From a virus, in the IMG/VR virus record IMGVR_UViG_3300045988_088556: 39,180 nt of DNA; one strand, written 5' to 3'. The position numbers were made by a program, and so were the translations under genes. The notes below the pieces were generated by a model. That model saw nothing but the letters and a program-made list of their open reading frames with translations. It was not told the origin of the DNA and searched no databases. The first letter of the stretch is position 1. Each line of letters begins with the position of its first letter. This document shows positions 1 to 8,421 of the stretch, piece after piece.

Positions 1-45
1 GATGCAGCGTAGTCTCGTGGGCTCGGAGATGTGTATAAGAGACAG
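1..45. other. Library adapter: 11-nt tag, Nextera read-2 adapter GTCTCGTGGGCTCGG and Tn5 mosaic end AGATGTGTATAAGAGACAG. Not biological.
   Basis: Exact match to the well-known Nextera transposase adapter. Its perfect reverse complement is at 39136-39180. Confidence 0.92.
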
Positions 46-217
46 GTTTTAAGGGATAGGGTGGGGGAAACTACCCATTTGTGATATTGGTAAAATTGGC
101 GCGAATCGGGCTAAAACCTTGTATTTATGAGGCTTCTTACATGAAATGAGCCTTGGAAGAGGGGGTACACCCCTCCAAACGGGGTTCTAATGGTGTCGGA
201 GGGGTATACGTTTCGTG

Positions 218-907
218 TTAGAAGAACTTTGAAATGCTTCCAATAACCTCAAATACGTTCATGATGCGTTCTACTGAGTATTCTTGTTCGTCATAGTCTG
301 TCGTATTGATAGGGACGAAACGCAGCTTCTTTGGATCTGACGACCGTCGGAGTATCTTGATGGTGCGTAATGTATCAAGTACGACAGCGTAGATTTCCCC
401 ATATTGAATGTCCTCCAGGGTGCATTTATGGAGGGCAATAATGTCACCATGGTTAATTTTGGGTTCCATAGAGTGTCCTGTGACATTACACCAGAAGTCT
501 GCCTTCTCAAATCCTTGTATTACGATGTTGTTGGTCGGAATAGTTACTTGAGAATTGACAATCTCATTGAACCCACCTAAGAAGTCCACATCATAATAAG
601 GCTTGCCTATGGCTGGGTTATATGAAACTTTAGGCAATTTTTCTTCCGAATCTGATTTTTCTTGTTTTTTTTCTTGCATAGTTGAGAGCATCTCTCCTCT
701 GCCGGTAATTAACCATTCGACACTAACATCCGAGGCATAAGCGAGAAATCTTGCAATATTATCTTCGCTTATACCATTATTTTGCTGTAATATACCGCGG
801 GTAACACCCGATTCTTTATAAAATTCATAGGGGGAAACCCCTTTTTGAGCCAGATAAAGCAAGATATTCTGCTTTATAGGCGATTTTTCTTGTCTTTTTT
901 CTTGCAT
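218..907 (-). CDS. CI/LexA-like phage repressor (N-terminal HTH plus C-terminal S24 peptidase domain)
   Basis: 229-aa ORF. HTH-like segment GVSPYEFYKESGVTRGILQQ, S24 nucleophile motif GHSMEP, downstream Lys in TIKILRR. Divergent from the early operon and low in GC, like phage immunity regions. Confidence 0.8.
   Translation of the reverse strand: MQEKRQEKSPIKQNILLYLAQKGVSPYEFYKESGVTRGILQQNNGISEDNIARFLAYASDVSVEWLITGRGEMLSTMQEKKQEKSDSEEKLPKVSYNPAIGKPYYDVDFLGGFNEIVNSQVTIPTNNIVIQGFEKADFWCNVTGHSMEPKINHGDIIALHKCTLEDIQYGEIYAVVLDTLRTIKILRRSSDPKKLRFVPINTTDYDEQEYSVERIMNVFEVIGSISKFF
654..688. repeat. Copy 1 of a ~34-nt direct repeat, internal to the repressor gene. Contains in-frame Met77.
   Basis: gatttttcttgttttttttcttgcatagttgagag versus copy 2 at 882-915: 2 substitutions and a 1-nt indel. 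Confidence 0.85.
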
Positions 908-915
908 AGTCGAGA
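882..915. repeat. Copy 2 of the ~34-nt direct repeat. Spans the repressor start codon and its 5' flank.
   Basis: gatttttcttgtcttttttcttgcatagtcgaga. The CAT at 905-907 is the annotated repressor ATG. Confidence 0.85.
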
Positions 916-924
916 AATCTTGTT

Positions 925-932
925 TATCTTTG
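925..932 (+). promoter_or_regulatory. Candidate early promoter -7 box (TAnnTTTG, Bacteroidetes type)
   Basis: tatctttg matches TAnnTTTG perfectly. It lies in the divergent repressor/early intergenic region, ~80 nt upstream of the first early ORF. Confidence 0.35.
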
Positions 933-1009
933 CAGCGTGTTCAAGATTGAACGAGCGGCCAAAGATACGAAAAAAGGTCGAGAATAACGAATTTTTGCAA
1001 TTAAAGAAT

Positions 1010-1219
1010 ATGAACGATACAGAAATAAAGGAATGGCAGACACAGAGCGTGAAGCACAAGGTGGCAATGGTTCTGATAATGGATGGTGTTAGTTTCAGCT
1101 ACACAGAAGAGGACGGCATTGTATTTTCAGCACCTGAATGTTATGTGGCGAGATTGGTAAGACGGCTGATGTCCTGCTACGGATGTAGCGTTAGACCGAA
1201 GATAAACGAGGTAAAATGA
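1010..1219 (+). CDS. Small early protein (Ner/Cro position), function unknown
   Basis: The track ORF 845..1219 was trimmed to the internal ATG at 1010. The upstream part overlaps the repressor start on the other strand and reads as low-complexity sequence. Confidence 0.45.
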   Translation: MNDTEIKEWQTQSVKHKVAMVLIMDGVSFSYTEEDGIVFSAPECYVARLVRRLMSCYGCSVRPKINEVK

Positions 1220-1299
1220 TTGCAGGATAACACGGAGGCTCTGGGGACTGCACTGGATGGTCAGCAGGGCCGGCCTCGGATGACAGCGGGAAAGACCGT

Positions 1300-1390
1300 A
1301 GGGGTGGCACGGTTGCAGTGGCCGGAAAGTTGGAATAAGCGAAAGCGAAGAGCGTAGGACAGCCACGGGGTTCGACTCCCCACACTCCAC
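1300..1390 (+). ncRNA. Candidate tRNA-like / structured RNA element (not a canonical tRNA)
   Basis: T-arm-like GGGG-TTCGACT-CCCC at 1367-1381. 6-bp acceptor-like pairing of 1301-1306 (ggggtg) with 1383-1388 (cactcc). D-loop-like ttgcagtgg closed by cgg/ccg. Sits in a 200-nt gap with no credible ORF. Confidence 0.25.
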
Positions 1391-1420
1391 AATGTATAAC
1401 AAATTAAAATAAGTGAGAAC

Positions 1421-1798
1421 ATGAAAAGGTATATTCACATTCAGAAGGCAGACCGCGAGTTCATATTGAACTTGTTCAAGGTTACAGGTCGCACTGTTGA
1501 CAATGCGTTGCGATTTGACGCAGAGCGTGGCAACACAGACCTCGCACGCAAAATTCGCAAGGTGGCAATGGAACATGGCGGTATCGTCATGGTGGTAAGT
1601 CCCGAAGCCGAGACACTATTTGATGCAGATGGCTATATGCGTCAGTATCTTCCCAACGGTGTGTTGTTGGAATTTGAGAAGGAGGCAGGCAACGGAGGTT
1701 GCAATGTGTACCTCAAAGGCGATATGGTTCGTAGGTATGACAACGTGCAGGTGCGTGACATCCCTGCCATTCAGAACTGGGCTGCAACATTGAGATAA
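1421..1798 (+). CDS. Early protein, possible DNA-binding function (HTH-like N-terminus)
   Basis: 125-aa ORF directly upstream of the transposase. Segment ILNLFKVTGRTVDNALRF looks HTH-like. Confidence 0.55.
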   Translation: MKRYIHIQKADREFILNLFKVTGRTVDNALRFDAERGNTDLARKIRKVAMEHGGIVMVVSPEAETLFDADGYMRQYLPNGVLLEFEKEAGNGGCNVYLKGDMVRRYDNVQVRDIPAIQNWAATLR

Positions 1799-1810
1799 GG
1801 AGGAGTAAGT

Positions 1811-3811
1811 ATGGAGTACCACGATAACAGACTTTGCATCTCGATGCGGGAACTTGTGGATGGCGGTGTGATGACCGTATCAAACTACAAGCAGCTCTCC
1901 GCACGTGGTCGCATTGATGTAGTGCGTCGTGGTGGAGGCTCTTCCAAGAACTACGCGCTTATTGCCGTATGCAGTCTGCCCGATGCTTATCAGGACAAAC
2001 TCAAGGAGCTTTATCCAGATCCGTCGCTTGAGGTGCTGCTTGCCTGGCTTGATGCCAACTACGAGGTGGACCAGGCAGCTGTCGCTTATTTCAACGACTG
2101 GCGCAACCAGTGCGGACACGACCACGCTACTGACGCTCATGTGAAGGAGTATGTGACCAACGCCAGCGTGCTGAATGCTTGTATCAAGCTCTACAACAAC
2201 GCCAAGGCGATACAGAAGACGATGGGCCAGAAGTATGACTGGAGCATGATGTCGCAAGCTGTGGAGGGCTACCGTATGAAGACCGGGCACACATTGCCGG
2301 CAAGTATGTTGCGTTTCCGCAAGAAGGTGAACGAGTACCAGCGTGACGGATACCAGTGTCTCATCAGCCGAAAGTTCGGCAACCAGGCAAGCCGTAAGGT
2401 AGATTACCGAACAATGCGCTTGATATGGTCAATAGCGGTGCTACCCAACAAGCCGTTCAATACCAATGTTTGGGAATTGTACAACTCGTTTGTGTGCGGT
2501 GAGCTGGACGTGTATGACCCAGAGACCGGTGAGCTTTTCGACGCAAGCGAGTGGACCGACAAGAACGGTGACCCGAAGTCGCTGAGCGAAAGCACTATCA
2601 CGAACTACCTGAATCGCCCGGATGCTCGTCTGTTTATAGCAAAACACCAAGATTCCTATACCACATTCATGCACGAGCAGATGCCACACGTTCACCGTCA
2701 TGCGCCCGAGTTCTCGTTCTCAAAGATTTCATTCGACGACCGCGACCTCCCACGCAAACTGAAGGATACCAAGGCAAGGCCGAAGGCATACTACGCCTAC
2801 GATGTGACAAGCCAATGCGTGGTGGGCTACGCCTACAACCGCAACAAGAACGTGGACTTGGTTGCCGACTGCTTCCGTTCGATGTTCCGACTGATAGAAA
2901 GCAAGGGCTGGGGTTGCCCGGCGCAGGTAGAGGTGGAGAACCACTTGATGAGTCAGTGGAAAGAGAGTTTCCTGAAGGCAGGAGTATTGTTCCCATTTGT
3001 GCGCTTCTGCGCCCCGATGAACTCCCAAGAGAAATACGCTGAGCCGATGAACGGTGCCAAGAAACGCCGTGTGGAGCATAGAAACCACCTCGGCATCGGA
3101 CGCTTCTATGCCAAAGACAGACACTACCGCACGGAAGCCAAGAAGGTGTTTGACGAGAAGAATGACACCTACGAGGACAAACAGTACTACACATGGGAAG
3201 AACTGATTGCAGACGACATCCGCGACATCAAGGAGTTCAACAATACCCTCCACCCGAACCAAAAGAAATACCCCGGCATGACACGCTGGCAAGTGCTTGA
3301 AGCCAATATGAACCCAACGCTTCAGCCAATGGACAAATCGGTGTGGGCACGCTTCATCGGTGAGCGCACTGAGACCTCCATACGCAGAAATAGCTACTGC
3401 AGGGTGGCGTATAAGGACTGGTGGTTGAGCAAAACCGAGGTGATAGAAAGACTTGCACCGAACAACTACAAGGTTGATGCCTACTATCTGACCGATGAGG
3501 ACGGCAACGCGACCGACGTTTATATCTTCCAGAACGACCGACTTATCGACAAGCTCGAGGACGTGGGCACGTTCAACACTGCCGATGCAGAGCAGACTGA
3601 CAAGGACAAGGAGATATTCGTGAACCAGCAGAAGAAGATAGCTGCATTCAACGCATACGTGAAGAAGAACGCCATTGCAACTGTTGGCATATCCAAGCCG
3701 GAACACTCAGAAGAGGCTGCACCACCGCCACCGCTTGAACTTCCACCGATGGAAAGCGAGCAGGAAATGGAAGTGACCTACCACATTTCTGACCCGTTGG
3801 CAGATTTATAG
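1811..3811 (+). CDS. Mu A-like DDE transposase
   Basis: 666-aa ORF followed directly by a MuB-like ATPase. Size and position are typical of transposable phages. Acidic catalytic-core candidates (ISFDDRD, YAYDVTS, VEVENH). Confidence 0.72.
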   Translation: MEYHDNRLCISMRELVDGGVMTVSNYKQLSARGRIDVVRRGGGSSKNYALIAVCSLPDAYQDKLKELYPDPSLEVLLAWLDANYEVDQAAVAYFNDWRNQCGHDHATDAHVKEYVTNASVLNACIKLYNNAKAIQKTMGQKYDWSMMSQAVEGYRMKTGHTLPASMLRFRKKVNEYQRDGYQCLISRKFGNQASRKVDYRTMRLIWSIAVLPNKPFNTNVWELYNSFVCGELDVYDPETGELFDASEWTDKNGDPKSLSESTITNYLNRPDARLFIAKHQDSYTTFMHEQMPHVHRHAPEFSFSKISFDDRDLPRKLKDTKARPKAYYAYDVTSQCVVGYAYNRNKNVDLVADCFRSMFRLIESKGWGCPAQVEVENHLMSQWKESFLKAGVLFPFVRFCAPMNSQEKYAEPMNGAKKRRVEHRNHLGIGRFYAKDRHYRTEAKKVFDEKNDTYEDKQYYTWEELIADDIRDIKEFNNTLHPNQKKYPGMTRWQVLEANMNPTLQPMDKSVWARFIGERTETSIRRNSYCRVAYKDWWLSKTEVIERLAPNNYKVDAYYLTDEDGNATDVYIFQNDRLIDKLEDVGTFNTADAEQTDKDKEIFVNQQKKIAAFNAYVKKNAIATVGISKPEHSEEAAPPPPLELPPMESEQEMEVTYHISDPLADL

Positions 3812-3846
3812 AATGATATTAGAATACAATTAAAATAACGTGAGAC

Positions 3847-4725
3847 ATGATAACGAATGAGAACAAGAAGCGGATATTGGAGGCCATAGCCACCAACCGC
3901 ACGAACTATCCGAGCGATGCCAAGCACGCTGCTTCATTGGGCATCAGCACCTCGGTATATAGCGCCATCAAGAATGGTCAGACCGACAAGGCACTAAGCG
4001 AAGCCAACTGGATAACCATCGCTCGAAGACTGGGTGTGAACCTCAGAGGAGGTATTGAATGGAAGCCAGCACGCACCGCCACCTTCGAATATATCACCAA
4101 GCAGCTGGAGTTCAGCCAACAGAGCGGACTGAGTGCGATACTTTGTGATATACCCAACATCGGCAAGACATTCACGGCACGCTATTATGTGCAGTGCCAC
4201 CGCAATGCCATCTATGTGGATTGCTCACAAGTGAAGACCAAACTGAAGCTGGTGCGTAAGATAGCCACTGAGTTTGGTGTTGGCAGCAATGGAAGATACA
4301 GCGACGTGTACGAGGATTTGGTTTATTATTTGCGCTCAATCGACACCCCACTCATCATTTTGGACGAGGCTGGCGACTTGCAGTATGAGGCATTTCTGGA
4401 ACTCAAAGCCTTGTGGAACGCTACAGAAAGATGCTGCGCCTGGTATATGATGGGTGCTGACGGGCTGAAAGCCAAAATCAACCGCTCCATTGAGTGCAAG
4501 AAAGTGGGCTATACCGAGATGCTCAGCCGATACGGTGACCGCTATTCGAAGGTAACGCCCGATGACTGCAAGGAGCGTGAGAAGTTCCTGAAAGACCAGG
4601 CGAGCGTGGTGGCAAAGGTGAACGCCCCAGAAGGTGCGGATATTGCTACCTTGGTGCGCAAGTCGGGTGGTGGACTGAGACGAGTTTATACGGAAATTGA
4701 GAAACTAAAAAGAGTGCAGGCATGA
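3847..4725 (+). CDS. Mu B-like transposition ATPase (AAA+)
   Basis: N-terminal HTH-like region, P-loop-like IPNIGKT, Walker B LIILDEAGD. Directly downstream of the transposase. Confidence 0.72.
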   Translation: MITNENKKRILEAIATNRTNYPSDAKHAASLGISTSVYSAIKNGQTDKALSEANWITIARRLGVNLRGGIEWKPARTATFEYITKQLEFSQQSGLSAILCDIPNIGKTFTARYYVQCHRNAIYVDCSQVKTKLKLVRKIATEFGVGSNGRYSDVYEDLVYYLRSIDTPLIILDEAGDLQYEAFLELKALWNATERCCAWYMMGADGLKAKINRSIECKKVGYTEMLSRYGDRYSKVTPDDCKEREKFLKDQASVVAKVNAPEGADIATLVRKSGGGLRRVYTEIEKLKRVQA

Positions 4726-4955
4726 TGACAAAGATGGAAATGCAATATATGGACGCGGTTATACAAATAAACCGCCGACAACGAAATAACGAGGTGGACT
4801 GGGAACAACGACGCTATGAATTGGCCAAGGCTGCATTGTTTGTAGCTCCAGTCCTTCACCATGATCGTGAAGAAATGACAGCCGAACTCATTGCCAAGTA
4901 TGCTGTCAAGATAGCGGACGCTGTTGTATCAGAACTTATCGAAACAGAGAAGTGA
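4722..4955 (+). CDS. Hypothetical early protein
   Basis: 77-aa helical ORF. ATGA overlap with the preceding gene suggests translational coupling. Confidence 0.5.
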   Translation: MMTKMEMQYMDAVIQINRRQRNNEVDWEQRRYELAKAALFVAPVLHHDREEMTAELIAKYAVKIADAVVSELIETEK

Positions 4956-4956
4956 T

Positions 4957-5598
4957 ATGGCAAAGCGAGCATACAGCCCCAAGGATGTGGCGAATATCAA
5001 GTGCAAGGCGCTACCATTTGAAGGACAATGGAAAGACGTGTTCGGTCAGCCTGAAGAGGGCGACACATGGTTCATCAGCGGACCAAGTGCCAGCGGCAAG
5101 AGTTCGTTTGTGATGCAGTTTGCGAAGATGCTCTGCGGTATAGGCAGCGTGTTGTATGTGTCCTTGGAAGAGGGCGTTGGTCTGTCGATGCAACGACGGC
5201 TTGCCCAATTCAAGATGACTGACGTTCAAGGCTCGTTCCGCCTCATTACCGATGGCGACATCAAGGCATTGGAAGAACGTCTGGCGAAGCCCAAGAGTGC
5301 CAAGTTTATCATTGTGGACAGTTACCAGTACGCCTACGAAGCAGGGTGGGAATATTCACTGACCAGGGCACTGATAGACCGCTTCAAGCGCAAGACTTTC
5401 ATTTTCGTCAGCCAAGAGGATAAAGGCAAACCAATCGGCAAACCTGCCATCAGACTGAAATACGCAGCCGGCGTGAAGGTGAGGACGCAAGGCTTCCGTG
5501 CTTACTGTCAAGGACGATATTCTGGTAACGTAAGTGAATACTACACCATCTGGGCGGAGAAAGCCGTGGAGGTTTATAATGACAAGTCTAACAACTAA
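4957..5598 (+). CDS. P-loop ATPase (RecA/KaiC/DnaB-like fold candidate)
   Basis: Track ORF trimmed to the ATG at 4957, just after the upstream stop. Walker A GPSASGKSS and Walker B-like FIIVDSYQ. Confidence 0.6.
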   Translation: MAKRAYSPKDVANIKCKALPFEGQWKDVFGQPEEGDTWFISGPSASGKSSFVMQFAKMLCGIGSVLYVSLEEGVGLSMQRRLAQFKMTDVQGSFRLITDGDIKALEERLAKPKSAKFIIVDSYQYAYEAGWEYSLTRALIDRFKRKTFIFVSQEDKGKPIGKPAIRLKYAAGVKVRTQGFRAYCQGRYSGNVSEYYTIWAEKAVEVYNDKSNN

Positions 5599-5609
5599 AC
5601 ATAACTGAG

Positions 5610-6062
5610 ATGAAGAAGAAAGTTTATATCAGCGGAGCGATAGCCCACTACGACCTTAAAGAGCGTATGGCAACCTTTGACCATGCGGCACGCTATCTCT
5701 CCATAAAAGGTTACGAGCCGGTGAACCCATTTGAAAATGGCGTTTCGCAGGATGCTCACTGGATGGAGCACATGAGAGTGGACATTGCCCTGCTTTTGAA
5801 GTGTGATTGCATCTATATGCTGCAAGGCTGGGAATTGAGCAAGGGAGCAAAACTGGAACTGGATGTTGCCAGTTCGTGTGGCATTAAAGTGATGTTTGAA
5901 GGTCATGAGAACAATGTTCGTGAATACACCTGCTGCCTTTGCGGTAAGCTCCAAATCGGCTATGGAAACAATCCTCATCCATTGAAAGATGAGGGGGAGT
6001 GTTGTCCTGAATGTAATTTGAAGGTGTTAAGTGAAAGAATAAGGTTGTCAAAATTGAAATAG
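5610..6062 (+). CDS. DUF4406 / nucleoside 2-deoxyribosyltransferase-like protein with a C-terminal CxxC...CxxC zinc ribbon
   Basis: Pattern KVYISG...NP...D.IYML.GWE.S.GA..E is typical of DUF4406. C-terminal CCLCG...(18 aa)...CCPEC. Confidence 0.6.
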   Translation: MKKKVYISGAIAHYDLKERMATFDHAARYLSIKGYEPVNPFENGVSQDAHWMEHMRVDIALLLKCDCIYMLQGWELSKGAKLELDVASSCGIKVMFEGHENNVREYTCCLCGKLQIGYGNNPHPLKDEGECCPECNLKVLSERIRLSKLK

Positions 6063-6064
6063 AT

Positions 6065-6562
6065 ATGGCACAGGAAGTAACCAATTTCGCACGCTTCTAT
6101 GGCATACTCAAAAAGAGCTACAAGTTTGCCACCAAGGAGCTGGGCGATGAGTTCAAGGAAGGAGTGGTGAGCCAATTCACCGATGGACGTACCACTTCGC
6201 TTAGGGATATGACCCGTAAGGAGTACGACATGATGTGCGACAAACTCGAAGGTGTGACAGCCAAATTGATACACACAGCCAAGGACGTGCAGCGCAAGCA
6301 TCGAAGCCAGTGTTTGAGATTGATGCAGAAGCTCGGCATCGACACAACAGACTGGACACGCATCAACGCATTTTGCCAGGATCAGCGTATTGCCGGCAAG
6401 GTGTTCTCCCAACTAAGCAATGAAGAATTGGAGCAGCTGTCGGTAAAGCTCCGCTCCATCCAGCGCAAGGGAGGTCTGAAACCTAAGAAAGAACCGACAC
6501 CTCCAGCACAGCCACAAGTGGAATACATGATGGTACCAATTGGAAATGGAGGTGAGGCATGA
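6065..6562 (+). CDS. Mu gp16 / GemA-like (DUF1018-like) protein
   Basis: 165-aa ORF in the Mu-type semi-essential early region. Two helical SLRDMTRKEYD / LSNEELEQL-type repeats resemble the GemA family. Judged by eye only. Confidence 0.45.
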   Translation: MAQEVTNFARFYGILKKSYKFATKELGDEFKEGVVSQFTDGRTTSLRDMTRKEYDMMCDKLEGVTAKLIHTAKDVQRKHRSQCLRLMQKLGIDTTDWTRINAFCQDQRIAGKVFSQLSNEELEQLSVKLRSIQRKGGLKPKKEPTPPAQPQVEYMMVPIGNGGEA

Positions 6563-6717
6563 ATGAGAAAGTGAAGCGGGTGATGGAATTTATTCACGGC
6601 ATCGCATACAGAGAACTCCAAGGTGACCAGTACATCGAATTTCTTGAGTGTATTGAATACGAGATAGACAAGGAACTGGAAGAAGGAGACTGGTCAGAAC
6701 CTGAAGACGACGAGTGA
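6559..6717 (+). CDS. Small acidic protein (52 aa), not in the ORF track
   Basis: The ATG at 6559 overlaps the upstream stop (ATGA). The frame stays open to the TGA at 6715-6717 and fills an otherwise empty gap. Confidence 0.4.
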   Translation: MNEKVKRVMEFIHGIAYRELQGDQYIEFLECIEYEIDKELEEGDWSEPEDDE

Positions 6718-6756
6718 TAAACAATCAAAATAATAATCAACAAAAAGTTTACGACA

Positions 6757-7425
6757 ATGAAAGAAGACAACAAGCAGACCGTTGAAATGACGGCGGAGGA
6801 GATGGCCGAGTACCGGGCATTCCAAAAGGCGAAAGCCAAGAAAGAGGCAGAGGCGAAAGCCAAGGCCGAGCGTGAAGAGTACAAACAGCTCGTTGACGAG
6901 GAAATAGAGCATTCCATCCCCGTGCTTCTCGGCATCAGCGAGCAAATCAAGGACAGCAAGCAAAAGGTGATGGACAACTTCAAGACCATACTGGAGATGA
7001 AGTCTGACCTGTTCAAGACCAAGGTCAAGGACGACCAGCGCAGCCACACGTTCACCAACTCCGAGGGCAACAAGCGCATTACGCTCGGTGTGTATGTGAC
7101 CGACGGCTACCGTGACACCGTAGAGGACGGCATCGCCATCGTGAAGGAGTACATCGCCGGCCTTGCCAATGACGACAAGACACAGGCGTTGGTGAACATG
7201 GTGTTTCGCTTGCTGGCACGCGATGCCAAGGGCACGCTGAAGGCAAGCCGCATCGTGCAACTCCGCAAGGTGGCGCAGGACACCGGCGATGAGCGTTTCC
7301 TTGAAGGCGTGCGCATCATCGAGGAAAGCTACCAGCCGGAGGTGAGTAAGCAGTTCATCAGGGCTGAGATAAAGAACGAGAACGGAATGTGGAAGTCAAT
7401 ACCGCTCGGAATGACAGAATCCTAA
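6757..7425 (+). CDS. DUF3164-like Mu-type early protein
   Basis: 222 aa. Lys/Glu-rich N-terminus and conserved C-terminal region, as in DUF3164 proteins of Mu-like prophages. Recognised from memory, not verified. Confidence 0.55.
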   Translation: MKEDNKQTVEMTAEEMAEYRAFQKAKAKKEAEAKAKAEREEYKQLVDEEIEHSIPVLLGISEQIKDSKQKVMDNFKTILEMKSDLFKTKVKDDQRSHTFTNSEGNKRITLGVYVTDGYRDTVEDGIAIVKEYIAGLANDDKTQALVNMVFRLLARDAKGTLKASRIVQLRKVAQDTGDERFLEGVRIIEESYQPEVSKQFIRAEIKNENGMWKSIPLGMTES

Positions 7426-7437
7426 AAGCGAAGAGAC

Positions 7438-7626
7438 ATGATACTGGAAGTAGAGAAGAAACCGAAAGTGGCCTTGTGCCGTAAGTGTTACGGCACAGGT
7501 CGTCTCCACGACAAGGAGACTGGCAAAGAAAGCACATGTGACCAATGCGAGGGAACGGGCAGAGTAACCGTCAGCGCAAAGATGAGCTATGACATCCGTC
7601 CCTATAAACCAAGAGACAGACACTAA
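7438..7626 (+). CDS. Small DnaJ-type zinc-finger protein
   Basis: Two CxxCxGxG motifs (CRKCYGTG, CDQCEGTG). Confidence 0.55.
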   Translation: MILEVEKKPKVALCRKCYGTGRLHDKETGKESTCDQCEGTGRVTVSAKMSYDIRPYKPRDRH

Positions 7627-7634
7627 AACATTTT

Positions 7635-7913
7635 ATGAGCAAGAGGCGAGGAGCAAGCTATCAGAAACGTGTCACAGACATAAATAGGATATACGACCAA
7701 CATGCCAAAAGCGGAATCAGCAACCGCGAGATATGGCGAAGGTACGTGTATCCTGTTTATGGTATATGTGAGCGTACCTTCTACAACCTCCTCAATGCCT
7801 CTTGTGACCCTAAGAACGAAGTGCCACAAGAGGCACAGACGTTTCTAAAATTCGACTTTGACGATGAACCAGGACGTACAGAAAATAATCCGCAATATCC
7901 TAAACGACATTAG
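7635..7913 (+). CDS. Small HTH-like protein (possible middle/late regulator)
   Basis: 92-aa ORF. Segment GICERTFYNLLN looks like an HTH recognition helix. Confidence 0.45.
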   Translation: MSKRRGASYQKRVTDINRIYDQHAKSGISNREIWRRYVYPVYGICERTFYNLLNASCDPKNEVPQEAQTFLKFDFDDEPGRTENNPQYPKRH

Positions 7914-8421
7914 GGTGGAGATGGGCGACGAGTTCGACAGGAACTTCGAGCGGCAGGCTTTCTTCAGCGAGGCGTGGCAGCGCAGGAAAAGCCCCACACG
8001 GCCGGGCGGTTCTATACTGATAGACACAGGCACCCTCCGCCAGAGCATATCCAGCCGAACCACCGAGAACAGCATCACGTTCTTCACCACGCTGCCGTAT
8101 GCGGCCATACACAACGACGGAGGCGAGATAAGGGTGACGAAGAAGATGAAACGCTTCTTCTGGGCAAAGTATTACGAGACTTCAGGCGCATTCGGCCGCA
8201 AAAAGAACGGCGAGTGGCGCAACGACAAACGCACCGTCCAGTTGAGCACTGAGGCCGAATTCTGGAAGTACATGGCGCTGATGAAAGAGGGCAAAAGCAT
8301 CAAGATACCGCGCAGGCGTTTCCTGGGCGTGTCACCCGAAGTGGAAAAGGCCGTCCGAGACATCGTGGAGGAGAATATCACCGAATACTTTAATGTGGAA
8401 TTTGAAATCAAGCGAAAATGA
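7858..8421 (+). CDS. Phage virion morphogenesis protein (Mu G / HK97 gp10-like)
   Basis: Motifs FDRNFERQAFF, ILIDTGTLRQSI and YAAIHNDGG are typical of this family. Confidence 0.62.
   Translation: MTMNQDVQKIIRNILNDIRVEMGDEFDRNFERQAFFSEAWQRRKSPTRPGGSILIDTGTLRQSISSRTTENSITFFTTLPYAAIHNDGGEIRVTKKMKRFFWAKYYETSGAFGRKKNGEWRNDKRTVQLSTEAEFWKYMALMKEGKSIKIPRRRFLGVSPEVEKAVRDIVEENITEYFNVEFEIKRK

Noticed and set aside
1-45. A 45-bp perfect terminal inverted repeat (with 39136-39180) that could indicate an IS, transposon or Mu end
   Set aside because: The sequence is the Nextera read-2 adapter plus the Tn5 mosaic end and a short tag. It is a library artefact, not phage or IS termini.
845-1219. Long N-terminal extensions of track ORFs (845..1219, 4924..5598, 16635..16949, 18440..19165, 18976..20046, 22311..22880, 28185..32219)
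   Set aside because: The upstream parts overlap neighbouring genes or read as low-complexity sequence. Internal ATGs placed right after the upstream stop give compact, coupled gene starts, so the coordinates were trimmed.
1300-1390. A bona fide tRNA or tmRNA gene
   Set aside because: A T-arm and acceptor-like helix exist, but no anticodon stem-loop can be drawn. The first acceptor pair and the T-stem base pair are mismatched, and the element is far too short for a tmRNA. It is kept only as a low-confidence tRNA-like element.
2729-3706. Minus-strand ORFs of 325 aa and 175 aa inside the transposase gene. Similar ones lie opposite the DUF3164-like gene (6594..7260).
   Set aside because: They are antisense to well-supported plus-strand genes and show no motifs. 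They are typical GC-driven open frames.
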